A stretch of 64,000 bases of DNA from a virus. Position numbers and translations under genes: made by a program. Position 1 is the stretch's first letter; each line of letters starts with the position of its first letter. Below the pieces are notes generated by a model. That model was given only the letters and a program-made list of their open reading frames with translations, did not search any database and was not told the origin of the DNA. This document shows, in pieces, positions 52,062 through 61,140 of this stretch. The DNA lies in the IMG/VR virus record IMGVR_UViG_3300031963_000020, positions 84,341 through 148,340 of that record; one strand, given 5' to 3'.

Positions 52062-52904
52062 ATGTCAGACAAACAAGATACAATAACAGTTTATAGAACA
52101 CATGATAATAAACCACTGCCTGGATGGCAATTTCACGCGGCATCACCAAAACGTGCGTGGATGGATGAATACATTCATATGTATCGTTGTCTCCCAATGA
52201 CTATTGCGAACCAAAATGGATGGGTGATTGAGTGTCCTTGTGATATTCAAGCAGTGTGGTTCGGTGGTCAAGATAGACGTAGTATGCATTTTTGGGTAGA
52301 ACCAGAATATAACGCAGTTCTCCGCCCAGAAAATCATTGGGTAAAGTGTCATTTCGTTGGTGGTGTTATCACATTTGAATTTGATTTTATGGTAAGAACA
52401 CCACCTGGTGTAAATTTATTAGTTCGTGGTGCACCAAATTTCTTTGTTAATGGTGCAGTTCCTTTGGAGGGAGTAGTAGAAACAGATTGGTTAAACTATT
52501 CCTTTACAATGAATTGGAGAGTAACGGAACCAAACAAGATTATTTATTTCAAGAAGGGTGACCCAATCTGCTTCTTACAACCAATTCCACATAATTACGC
52601 AGAGAAGTTTGATTTCAAGATTGACTTTATGAATAATAACCCAGAACTGGCAGAAAAGTTTCATACTTACCATGCATCACGTTCATCATTTGCCCAAGAT
52701 AAACGTGAGGGTAAACACAACGAAGATTGGCAACGTCATTACTTTACTGGAACTGATGTTAAAAGTGGTGTGAAGGTAGGAAATGATATGCACTCAATTA
52801 AATTAAATATAAAAGAACCAGATAAACAGAATTTAATACACGAGTCAGCAATAACAAAACCAGTTCACACAGATGTGGCACCCACGTTAAAAGTTATTAA
52901 ATAA
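52062..52904 (+). CDS. DUF6065-like protein
   Basis: RAWMD...YRCLPMTIANQNGW...GVVETDW..YSFTMNW...F.KGDPIC. Confidence 0.7.
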   Translation: MSDKQDTITVYRTHDNKPLPGWQFHAASPKRAWMDEYIHMYRCLPMTIANQNGWVIECPCDIQAVWFGGQDRRSMHFWVEPEYNAVLRPENHWVKCHFVGGVITFEFDFMVRTPPGVNLLVRGAPNFFVNGAVPLEGVVETDWLNYSFTMNWRVTEPNKIIYFKKGDPICFLQPIPHNYAEKFDFKIDFMNNNPELAEKFHTYHASRSSFAQDKREGKHNEDWQRHYFTGTDVKSGVKVGNDMHSIKLNIKEPDKQNLIHESAITKPVHTDVAPTLKVIK

Positions 52905-52919
52905 TATTTAATAAAGGAC

Positions 52920-52948
52920 TTGACATTTTGGGGGATGTGTGATATATT
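52920..52948 (+). promoter_or_regulatory. Sigma70-type promoter TTGACA-N17-TATATT with overlapping hairpin
   Basis: Intergenic; inverted repeat GGGGATGT...ACATCCCC (52931-52960) spans the -10. Confidence 0.7.
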
Positions 52949-52977
52949 TCATACATCCCCTATTCCTTGGAGGTAGT

Positions 52978-53079
52978 ATGGCTACTATTGGGTTGTGGTT
53001 GAGTAGAGGTAACGCTGGATGGGTATCTGCGGCTATCGGGTTCGTTATCATCATTTATCTCGTCATCACAGAGGACTAA
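52978..53079 (+). CDS. 33-aa hydrophobic microprotein
   Basis: GGAGG SD; MATIGLWLSRGNAGWVSAAIGFVIIIYLVITED (translated by hand; below track cutoff). Confidence 0.55.
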   Translation: MATIGLWLSRGNAGWVSAAIGFVIIIYLVITED

Positions 53080-53080
53080 T

Positions 53081-53203
53081 ATGGTATTCAAGATTGGTGT
53101 CGTTCTTGTTTGTGCGTTCGCAATCTTTGTGTTGATTAGCGCCATCTATGCACACATTTCTTACACTCTTATCAAGATGGACGAAGAGAGGGACATTTCA
53201 TGA
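53081..53203 (+). CDS. 40-aa single-TM microprotein
   Basis: GAGGA SD; MVFKIGVVLVCAFAIFVLISAIYAHISYTLIKMDEERDIS. Confidence 0.55.
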   Translation: MVFKIGVVLVCAFAIFVLISAIYAHISYTLIKMDEERDIS

Positions 53204-53286
53204 TGCGTTGGGACTGGTTGTTTGGTGTAAAACTATTTGTGATTTCACTTATTGTTATGTTCATCCTCGATAGGGTAATCAAATGA
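53200..53286 (+). CDS. 28-aa single-TM microprotein
   Basis: ATGA overlaps on both sides; MMRWDWLFGVKLFVISLIVMFILDRVIK. Confidence 0.5.
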   Translation: MMRWDWLFGVKLFVISLIVMFILDRVIK

Positions 53287-54389
53287 AAATTATCAAGTCA
53301 AGTGATTGGCTCATTTCGGAAAACAAGGCTGGTGGTGAGAAGTTCTGGCGGTTGCATATCCTCCAAGATAACAAAGAAGGAGGATTTTATACACAGACGG
53401 AATGGTTTCAGATTAGTAAGACAGGCCGTGAAACCAAACGACAGTTCTCTTCACCCTATTATGCGGAACCCACAAATGTCGGTCGGTCAAACGAGCGTAA
53501 CTCTGAGCAGCAGGCAGAGTTTGAGTTTGACGCCGTAATCAAGAAGCAGAAGGACAAGGGATTCCGTGCGAAGGGTGAGAAGAAGAACATCCGTCCGATG
53601 CCAATGCTCGCGCATAAGTTTACGGACCATAAAAAGAAGGTTGAGTTTCCTATCTATGTTCAGCCCAAGCTCAATGGTATGCGTATGTTGTTTGACGGAG
53701 AGAACGGATGGAGTCGGGGAAACAAGGAAGTTATTCCAGAAGTAATTCAACACTTGAAGTTTGATACTGGTGGTCATATCCTTGATGGTGAGTTGATGCT
53801 TCCGAATAACGTTCTACTCCAAGAGAGTATGACCGCTATCAAGAAGTATCGTCCTGAGTTGTCCCCAAAGTTGCTCTATCACGTTTATGATATCGTGGAT
53901 AGTGACCTTCCGTATTCCGCACGGCATGAATTGATTCGTGAGATTTGTGCAAACGCTCCAAAGAATGTCGTGAGAGTTCCTACGTGGGAGGCTTTCACGG
54001 AGTCGGATGTGTTGGTGTGGCACAAGTCATTCACCAGAGATGGATTCGAGGGAACGATGATTCGTAACCCCGAGATGGGATATGAGATTGGTAAGCGTTC
54101 CTATTCACTTTTGAAACTAAAGGATTTCGTCGATGCAGAATATCGTATTGTTGATGTTATTGATGGTGATGGTAGTGACGTTGGGCTCGCCATATTTGAA
54201 TTGGAGACTGATTCTGGTCAGCGGTTTAATTGCCGCCCAGAAGGTTCACAAGAAAATCGTGCGGACCTATTCAAGAATCGTCGTTCGCTTATTGGCAAGT
54301 ATCTAACGGTTCGCTATCAAGAGTTGAGCAAGGATGGAGTTCCTATTTTCCCTGTGGGTGTCTCTATTCGTGAATGGGGAGAGTTCTAG
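53283..54389 (+). CDS. lig: ATP-dependent DNA ligase
   Basis: PMLA, QPKLNGMR (KxNG), LDGEL, EGTMIR, LLKLK. Confidence 0.9.
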   Translation: MKIIKSSDWLISENKAGGEKFWRLHILQDNKEGGFYTQTEWFQISKTGRETKRQFSSPYYAEPTNVGRSNERNSEQQAEFEFDAVIKKQKDKGFRAKGEKKNIRPMPMLAHKFTDHKKKVEFPIYVQPKLNGMRMLFDGENGWSRGNKEVIPEVIQHLKFDTGGHILDGELMLPNNVLLQESMTAIKKYRPELSPKLLYHVYDIVDSDLPYSARHELIREICANAPKNVVRVPTWEAFTESDVLVWHKSFTRDGFEGTMIRNPEMGYEIGKRSYSLLKLKDFVDAEYRIVDVIDGDGSDVGLAIFELETDSGQRFNCRPEGSQENRADLFKNRRSLIGKYLTVRYQELSKDGVPIFPVGVSIREWGEF

Positions 54390-54397
54390 TTATATTC

Positions 54398-54516
54398 GGC
54401 ACCGCAGTTGGTCGGGACAACGATAGTATGACACGGGCGCTACCCGAGGTTACAAGCATACTATGCTAGCCAAGGACTAGGTGAGAGCCTAGATGGGTTC
54501 GAATCCCACGGTGCCA
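54398..54516 (+). ncRNA. tRNA-like structured RNA (non-canonical, about 119 nt)
   Basis: GGCACCG/CGGTGCC acceptor-like stem + A; T-arm TGGG-TTCGAAT-CCCA; CTAGGT-GAGA-GCCTAG hairpin; ATAGTATG/CATACTAT stem; no canonical anticodon arm. Confidence 0.6.
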
Positions 54517-54530
54517 CTTATGAGGTGAAT

Positions 54531-55115
54531 ATGGCATTACAAGGTTATTTCGTAGAACACATTAGTTTTTCAGAAACCGTCCGAAACTTCTTACACAGAT
54601 GGCATTATGCAGATTATCATAATGTCCAACACAAAGAAGTATTTGGATTGTTTCGTGAAGGTCTATTCCTACCAGAACTGGTGGGTGTTTGTGTTTATAC
54701 GCGTCCCGCAGGTGCTGCGGCAGCACAAAAATACTATCCAGATGACCCCGATAAATGTCTCGAACTTCGCAGGTTGTGTTTGATTGATGACACACCAAAG
54801 AACGCGGAGAGTTTCTTTGTCAGTAGAACACTAAAATGGTTACGAAAAAATACTGATTGGAAGTTCGTGGTCAGTTATGCTGATGAAGCACAAGGACACA
54901 AAGGCACCATCTATAGAGCAGCAAACTTTAAGTATGAGGGAATGACTGGAGCAGGAACAACACTTTTGGTTGATGGTAAAGCATTTCATGTCAGAACGCT
55001 CACGATGTTAGATAGACCATATGGTGTAGAAATCAATAATCGATACAAACGTGGTGACCCTGGGATACAAATAATCAAAACCAAACCCAAACACATTTAC
55101 ACATATCAATTATGA
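54531..55115 (+). CDS. Mom-like (GNAT-fold) DNA modification protein
   Basis: HY...LELRRL...PKNAESFFVS...VVSYAD..QGH.GTIYRAANF.Y.G. Confidence 0.75.
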   Translation: MALQGYFVEHISFSETVRNFLHRWHYADYHNVQHKEVFGLFREGLFLPELVGVCVYTRPAGAAAAQKYYPDDPDKCLELRRLCLIDDTPKNAESFFVSRTLKWLRKNTDWKFVVSYADEAQGHKGTIYRAANFKYEGMTGAGTTLLVDGKAFHVRTLTMLDRPYGVEINNRYKRGDPGIQIIKTKPKHIYTYQL

Positions 55116-55474
55116 AAGTGAATATTGGAAGATATAAAAAAGTTGGTGACCGCACCATCAATGTGCAAATCCAAGATTGGGATACTTGGAGTTTAGACCA
55201 TACACTTGCATTGATTATTCATCCAGCATTGATTAAGTTTAAACAAGATAGTATGGAAACGGGTCATCCATGTTTAAAGGGTGTGGTAAATTGTGAAGGA
55301 TGCACCTGCCAAACTGAATGGTTGGAAATGCTGGATAAAATGATTTGGTCGTTCGGTCAAATAGTAAATGATGAAGTTTATGTGTTCGAGGAAGGTAATT
55401 ATAAAAACTATAACGAACGAGTGCAGGAAGGATTGGATTTGTTTGGAAAATATTTTCGGTCACTTTGGACATAA
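55112..55474 (+). CDS. Conserved hypothetical phage protein
   Basis: DTWSLDHTLALII.P.L..FK...W...LDKMIWSF...EGLDLFGKYF..LW. Confidence 0.6.
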   Translation: MKVNIGRYKKVGDRTINVQIQDWDTWSLDHTLALIIHPALIKFKQDSMETGHPCLKGVVNCEGCTCQTEWLEMLDKMIWSFGQIVNDEVYVFEEGNYKNYNERVQEGLDLFGKYFRSLWT

Positions 55475-55475
55475 T

Positions 55476-55847
55476 ATGGATGATGAAAAGAAAAACCCAA
55501 ATGCATTAACATACGGTATATCTCCCAGCGCACCTGCGTCTATTAAACCCGTAGATATTGATAAATGGAAAGCGGTGGTCGCACCTACATTTAAACATTA
55601 TTTTACTGAGCGATATAACGAACTGGTCAAAGAGTATGAAAAACTTGTAAAAGATTACCAAATAAATCAACTTTTATACGAAAGTTCTATAGGTTTTAAG
55701 CCGATTATCGGGCAAACCTATTATTTATATAAGAAGGAAAACGGCTCGGCATTCATCTCTATGGTCAGTCCTGAAGAAACATTTTGGGATGGATATATCG
55801 GAGCATACAAATTCAATGCGCAATACGCGTGGGAAGAGGTTCTATGA
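55476..55847 (+). CDS. DUF2452-like protein
   Basis: FKPIIGQTYYLY......FISMVSPEE. Confidence 0.6.
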   Translation: MDDEKKNPNALTYGISPSAPASIKPVDIDKWKAVVAPTFKHYFTERYNELVKEYEKLVKDYQINQLLYESSIGFKPIIGQTYYLYKKENGSAFISMVSPEETFWDGYIGAYKFNAQYAWEEVL

Positions 55848-56701
55848 CAATAGACTATAGCAGAATTATCAACGCACAACAAGATGGATACGACATCCAG
55901 GCCTATCAACAAATCAAAGCAGAGAAGGGATTTGTCAAGAAAGAATTTCCATTCAAGAAAATGGCAGGTATGTATGTGCATACGTGGAAAACCACAGAAG
56001 AAATGGGTGCTCCATTCAATCCAAATGATATCCATCTTCGTCAAGTAGAACAGGAAGCAGAAAAAGCTGTTCCTGTTATTTGGAATACTATCAAATCACT
56101 AGTAGATGTGTATATGCCAATTCATCTTGCGGATGATGGTAATGAATTTTCATGCCAGCATGCATCAAAGGAATATCCTAATTCTTGGATTGTGATGGCA
56201 CCACTTACAGACGATCCTGTTATTACTATTCGTAATATGTATCACGAAATGATTCATTGGAAATTTACAGCACTTGGGTTTGGTAAAGGTGTCAGCCCAG
56301 AAGTATTTGATATGTTGCACACGACAGATGAGTTTGTATTGAATCCTGTATCGGAACTGCATCATTCAATTGTGAATAGCTACCCAGATACCGCACAACC
56401 ATCCGTTGGTAATAAACCAACAGGCCGTCCTATTAGTGCCTCACTTCACGCATATGGTTCTTTCTTAGGTGAGGCTGAAGTCGCTATGAAATTCGTCCAG
56501 TATAATCCACGAAAGTATTATAGTTGGTTGGGATACGCAAAGAAATGGGGTGACCGTTTAGACGAATCACTTGAAGCTATAATGAAAGGAACCAAAGCAA
56601 CTGCAAAGGGTGCACAACTTCTTCTTGGATTGTATCGTTGGACTAAAGATTATCAAGAAGAATATAATGATACACTTAAAACTTTGTCAAAGTTGATGTG
56701 A
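55844..56701 (+). CDS. HExxH-motif protein resembling alpha-KG-HExxH peptide beta-hydroxylases
   Basis: YHEMIHWKF followed by RPISASLHAYGSF; GAGG SD before ATG 55844. Confidence 0.6.
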   Translation: MTIDYSRIINAQQDGYDIQAYQQIKAEKGFVKKEFPFKKMAGMYVHTWKTTEEMGAPFNPNDIHLRQVEQEAEKAVPVIWNTIKSLVDVYMPIHLADDGNEFSCQHASKEYPNSWIVMAPLTDDPVITIRNMYHEMIHWKFTALGFGKGVSPEVFDMLHTTDEFVLNPVSELHHSIVNSYPDTAQPSVGNKPTGRPISASLHAYGSFLGEAEVAMKFVQYNPRKYYSWLGYAKKWGDRLDESLEAIMKGTKATAKGAQLLLGLYRWTKDYQEEYNDTLKTLSKLM

Positions 56702-56710
56702 GGATAGAAT

Positions 56711-57070
56711 ATGGGCATGTTCGATACCATTCAAGTTAATATACAATTACCAGGATATTCATTTATTACTGATGAAAAGTTTCAAACAAAATCGTTCGAA
56801 TGCTTGCTAGAAAATTATGTAATTTCAGATAATAGACAGATATATCGTGAGTTGTGGGATTACGAATGGATTGAAAACCTAGATTCCCCATTTGGAAAAC
56901 AATTAGTTAAAGTAGACGGAACTTATCGCCGCGACTACTTGACAGACTTGCATGGTGATATTATATTCTATAGTGGTGAATTAATAGAAGGAAAACGATA
57001 CGATTATTTCGCTCGGTTCAGTTATGGCACACTTGACCGAATGTGGATGGAGGAATGGGACAGATGGTAA
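56711..57070 (+). CDS. Conserved hypothetical protein
   Basis: MGMFDTI...FQTKSF.C.L..Y...HG.I.FY. Confidence 0.55.
   Translation: MGMFDTIQVNIQLPGYSFITDEKFQTKSFECLLENYVISDNRQIYRELWDYEWIENLDSPFGKQLVKVDGTYRRDYLTDLHGDIIFYSGELIEGKRYDYFARFSYGTLDRMWMEEWDRW
56939..56967 (+). promoter_or_regulatory. Sigma70-type promoter TTGACA-N17-TATATT (intragenic)
   Basis: Exact consensus match upstream of the JmjC and clamp genes. Confidence 0.5.
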
Positions 57071-57732
57071 AGGATGAAGTATTTGAACGGATTTTAGAAA
57101 ACAAAGAACGTGCGTTCGTTCTTACCAATTCATGCACCCCAGAGAGTATTCTTACTTGGAATGATGTAGAACGTTATTTAAACGATAATACGCACAATAC
57201 AGAAATTACTATTATCGGTGATAACAAACAAAAGAAAGATGTATATAAGAGTACAGAAACAAGTGGCACTCCGTCTGATGTAATATTTGATGAAGTAAAT
57301 AATGGAAGTTCTTTCATATTAAATTATATGGAACGCCATACAAAAGGTTTGTTTTACGCATCAAATATGTGTTCTCGTATTCACAATATGTACGTCACGA
57401 CAAACATATATGGTGGAATAAAAAATAATTCCAAATCTTTTGAGACACACGCAGACTCACAATATGTTTTGATACTACAGTTAGACGGTGAATCTGATTG
57501 GACTATATATGGTGAAACATGGAATGGAAAATCAAACGAGGTAGTGTGTGTAAACGACAGTATATTAACTGTTGATTTTCGATACACTTTACAACCTGGA
57601 GATGTGTGTTATATTCCATACAGACGGTATCACAAGTGTATTCCGTTAAGTAAGAGGTTGTCAGCAAGTGTAAGTGCAGATTATGATACAGTAAGACCAG
57701 AGAATTATGGTAATTGGTTCGGTTTAAACTAA
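57064..57732 (+). CDS. JmjC/cupin-4 2OG oxygenase (ribosomal oxygenase-like)
   Basis: FETHAD..YVLILQLDG...W...LQPGDVCYIP...YH. Confidence 0.75.
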   Translation: MVKDEVFERILENKERAFVLTNSCTPESILTWNDVERYLNDNTHNTEITIIGDNKQKKDVYKSTETSGTPSDVIFDEVNNGSSFILNYMERHTKGLFYASNMCSRIHNMYVTTNIYGGIKNNSKSFETHADSQYVLILQLDGESDWTIYGETWNGKSNEVVCVNDSILTVDFRYTLQPGDVCYIPYRRYHKCIPLSKRLSASVSADYDTVRPENYGNWFGLN

Positions 57733-57750
57733 AACAGAGGTTAAAAGGTT

Positions 57751-58470
57751 ATGGAAAAGTCAAAGTTAGAGAAGTTTATTGCCAAGTATAATCTTGGTGG
57801 CTCGTGTGAAAGTGTGCTGTGGAAGTCTGACGGTACGGACATCACCGTAAAGTGCATCTCCGATGACAAGAATGTTCTTGGTGTCGTGACGGTCAAGGAT
57901 GCAAAGTTGGATGAGGGGGAGTATGGTATCTTTGATACAAAGCAACTCTCCTCAATGTTGTCGGTTCTTGGTGAAGGCATAAAGATTACGACCAAGAAGA
58001 ATAGTGGTAAAGTTTCAGCTATCCACCTTACTGATGATAATGCAAAGGTTGATTATGTGTTGGCCGATAGTGCAGTCATCCCCGCTGCTCCCGATTTAAA
58101 GCAGCTCCCATCATTTGATATTGAGATTAAGCTTGACCAGAAGGTAATGAACACCTTTCTGAAAGCTAAGGGTGCGTTGTCGGATGTCGAAACCTTCACG
58201 ATTCTAAGTGATGGTGACTCCGCTCAGATTGTTCTTGGATATTCCGATATGAACACCAATCGTATTACGATGGATGTGGAAACCACCAAGAACGCCAAGG
58301 TCAATCCTATCAACTTCTCTGCACGATACCTAAAGGAAATCATCTCCGCTAATCGTGAAGCGGCAAGTGGTGTGTTAAAGGTAAGTGCAAAGGGATTGGC
58401 GTATGTCAAGTTCGGTGTCACGGAATACAACACCGATTACTATCTCGTTCAAATCCAGACTGCTTCCTAA
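57751..58470 (+). CDS. Sliding clamp (gp45/PCNA-like)
   Basis: Size and beta-rich composition, FSARYL.EI, C-terminal YYLV; near clamp loader. Confidence 0.65.
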   Translation: MEKSKLEKFIAKYNLGGSCESVLWKSDGTDITVKCISDDKNVLGVVTVKDAKLDEGEYGIFDTKQLSSMLSVLGEGIKITTKKNSGKVSAIHLTDDNAKVDYVLADSAVIPAAPDLKQLPSFDIEIKLDQKVMNTFLKAKGALSDVETFTILSDGDSAQIVLGYSDMNTNRITMDVETTKNAKVNPINFSARYLKEIISANREAASGVLKVSAKGLAYVKFGVTEYNTDYYLVQIQTAS

Positions 58471-59906
58471 TGTCATTCTTTGAGTTCAACGATACTCCAA
58501 AACAAACAACACAAAAACCCCCTTCTGCGAAGAAACCGCCGAAGGGTGGTGTTGTCTTAAATACCTCCGCCACCGATTTCTTTAGTGGTGAGGGGGCATC
58601 GTTTGACTTTGATGTAGAGAAGGTCAGATTTAAGGAGCATATGGATAAGCTCAAAAGTCAAAGTGTGCAGGAAAGCACGTTGTATAAGAAGTGGAAGGAA
58701 CTTTCTACCGACTACAACAATACCAAAGATATTCAGATGGCACAAATCGTGCAGGCAAAGATTTGGCAACCCACGGATATTTTTAATAAAGAGTTGACTA
58801 TCCAAGAGGTCAGTGCGATTGACCCAGAGATTATTATTGTTGAACCAGATGATTTACAATATTTTAATGATTGGAAATATATCAGAGTATTCTGTCACAC
58901 AATGGAGTTCACGGCAAATGTTGGTCGTTTGATTCGTGTATTGATTCGTGACCGCAGCTCTGGAAAGTATGTGGGTGCCGCATCACTTGGTTCTGATGTT
59001 GCCTCCATTAATGTTCGAGATAATTGGATTGGATGGTCAAAGGAAAATAAGTTTGAGCAGGGATTACTGAACTCAACTGCTATTTGTACCACTATTATTC
59101 CAACACAACCATTTGGATATAACTTTCTTGGTGGTAAGATGATTGCATCATTACTTACTACGAAAGTGATTCGTGATGAGTGGAAACGTAAGTTTGGTAA
59201 TACATTAGTCGGAGTGACCACAACCTCGTTGTATGGGTCGCATAGTATGTATCAACGTATTCCGTTCTGGAAGGAGCTTGGGGTCACCGCTGGAAAGATT
59301 TCACTTAAACCAGATGATGATGTCTTTAGTGAATGGGCAAACTATCTCAAAGTCAATCACTCCGAAGCATTTGATAAATGCACCATTCCATATTTTGGTG
59401 ATATTACCCAAGATGGTGAGATGTGGATTTGCACAGATGGCACAACCAAGATTACCGCATCTTCTCGTGATGAACTGGTGAGTATGTTAGAAGGAGACAA
59501 CTACTCTGTGCATAGCACTGGTGAAGTCTATGATAAGAAATGTCGTTGCGGCTCACCACCAACAGGTCCAAAGTTGCAACAGATGTTGTTGTTATATAAA
59601 ATCTTGGGTATTAAATCAAGTGATTATGAGCATGGGTTCCAACGAGGTGTCTATTTCGCACCACTCTACGAAAATACCCGTGAATATCTCCGTGGTGAAA
59701 TCGGTGATGACCAACTAAAGTTGTCAAGCCGATTGACAAAGGATGTGGAAAGTGTTATGTTATGGTGGAAGGAAAAAGCACTCAACAGATATAATAATCT
59801 GTTAGCGAATAATAGAATAAATCCAGATATCTTGTATTATCGGAAGATGGTGCAAATGACTTGGGATGAAGCCAAGAACACTTACTTAGGTGAGGTTGGA
59901 CGATGA
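58470..59906 (+). CDS. DUF4338/DruA-like protein
   Basis: GRLIRVLIRD..SGKYVG...LGS....RDNWIGW...PFGYNFLGGKMIA...TTTSLYG. Confidence 0.65.
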   Translation: MSFFEFNDTPKQTTQKPPSAKKPPKGGVVLNTSATDFFSGEGASFDFDVEKVRFKEHMDKLKSQSVQESTLYKKWKELSTDYNNTKDIQMAQIVQAKIWQPTDIFNKELTIQEVSAIDPEIIIVEPDDLQYFNDWKYIRVFCHTMEFTANVGRLIRVLIRDRSSGKYVGAASLGSDVASINVRDNWIGWSKENKFEQGLLNSTAICTTIIPTQPFGYNFLGGKMIASLLTTKVIRDEWKRKFGNTLVGVTTTSLYGSHSMYQRIPFWKELGVTAGKISLKPDDDVFSEWANYLKVNHSEAFDKCTIPYFGDITQDGEMWICTDGTTKITASSRDELVSMLEGDNYSVHSTGEVYDKKCRCGSPPTGPKLQQMLLLYKILGIKSSDYEHGFQRGVYFAPLYENTREYLRGEIGDDQLKLSSRLTKDVESVMLWWKEKALNRYNNLLANNRINPDILYYRKMVQMTWDEAKNTYLGEVGR

Positions 59907-60817
59907 GTGATAATACACTTTGGGTTGAGAAGTATAGACCCGATACATTAGAAAACTATATTGGTAATGATAATCTCAAAGCCAAGCTGGAGCAGTTTAT
60001 TAAGAATCAAGATATTCCACATCTCTTATTCTGTGGAACAGCGGGAACTGGTAAAACGACTGCTGCAAAGATTTTGATTAAGAATATCGAATGTGATTAT
60101 CTTTTCATCAACGCATCCGATGAAAACTCGGTTGATACGATTAGAAATAAGATTAAGAACTTCGCTGCAACAATGAGTTTTAAGCCGATGAAGATTATCG
60201 TGCTGGACGAGGCGGACTTCATTACTCCACAGGCACAAGCAGCACTCCGTAATCTAATGGAAGTGTTTAGTAAGAATACTCGTTTCATCTTGACTTGTAA
60301 TTATGTGGAACGAATTATTGACCCACTTATCAGTCGGTCGCAAGTCTTTAAACTGACCCCACCCTCGAAAAAGGAAGTGGCGGTGCATGTAATGAAGATT
60401 TTGGATACAGAAGGCGTCTCGTATGAAAAGGGAACCTTGGCGGCGTTGGTCACTTCCTATTATCCAGACATCCGTAGAATATTAAATAACTCACAACTCC
60501 AAACTACGGGTGGGAAGTTAGAACTGAATGTGGATGAGATTATCGCAGGTGATTACAAGCTCCAAGTCTTAGATGTCTTGGCAAGTAATCTCCCACTAAA
60601 GGATAAAGTCAACTCGGTCAGACAGATTGTAGCAGATAGTAATGTAAAAGACTTTACAGAGTTGTATAGGTTATTGTTCGATAAGGTTAATGATTACGCA
60701 GCAACCAAGGTTCCACAGAGTATCTTGGCAATCGCAGAAGGGCAGTATCGTGATAGTTTTGTAGTAGATAAAGAAATAAACTTTGTAGCAACACTTTATA
60801 ACATTTTGAATAGTTGA
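59903..60817 (+). CDS. Clamp loader small subunit (RFC/gp44-like AAA+)
   Basis: LWVEKYRP, GTAGTGKTT, NASDE, LDEAD, SR. Confidence 0.93.
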   Translation: MSDNTLWVEKYRPDTLENYIGNDNLKAKLEQFIKNQDIPHLLFCGTAGTGKTTAAKILIKNIECDYLFINASDENSVDTIRNKIKNFAATMSFKPMKIIVLDEADFITPQAQAALRNLMEVFSKNTRFILTCNYVERIIDPLISRSQVFKLTPPSKKEVAVHVMKILDTEGVSYEKGTLAALVTSYYPDIRRILNNSQLQTTGGKLELNVDEIIAGDYKLQVLDVLASNLPLKDKVNSVRQIVADSNVKDFTELYRLLFDKVNDYAATKVPQSILAIAEGQYRDSFVVDKEINFVATLYNILNS

Positions 60818-60824
60818 GGCAGTT

Positions 60825-61139
60825 ATGGCACGAGATAAGTTTGGTGGTCCTCCCCCAATGGCTCCGCAGATGAACGTTGATTTGTCTAAGGCTGATGATG
60901 TAGTATGTGAACGTTGTGGAAACTACACATTCCAGAACGTAATGTTGATGAAGCGAATGTCTGCTCTCATCTCTCCAACTGGTAAGGAAGCTATCGTTCC
61001 TATTCCAACTTTCGCTTGTAACGCATGCGGTCATATCAACAAGCAATTCCTTCCAGTAATCCCCAAGGGTATGCAGGAAGAAACAGTACCAACGCAAGAA
61101 GAGGTACCTAAGAAGCCCACTTTAATCTTGGAGAAGTAA
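60825..61139 (+). CDS. Small Zn-ribbon protein
   Basis: CERCG...SALISPTG...FACNACGH. Confidence 0.6.
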   Translation: MARDKFGGPPPMAPQMNVDLSKADDVVCERCGNYTFQNVMLMKRMSALISPTGKEAIVPIPTFACNACGHINKQFLPVIPKGMQEETVPTQEEVPKKPTLILEK

Positions 61140-61140
61140 T

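Noticed and set aside
52960-53145. Minus-strand 61-aa ORF in the track
   Set aside because: The region is better explained by three + strand microproteins with SD sites downstream of a promoter.
54398-54516. Canonical tRNA or tmRNA
   Set aside because: No 7-nt anticodon loop on a 5-bp stem, too long for a tRNA, far too short for tmRNA, and no G3-U70 pair.
58470-59906. Druantia anti-phage defence system
   Set aside because: Only a lone DruA-like gene within phage replication genes; no partner dru genes nearby.
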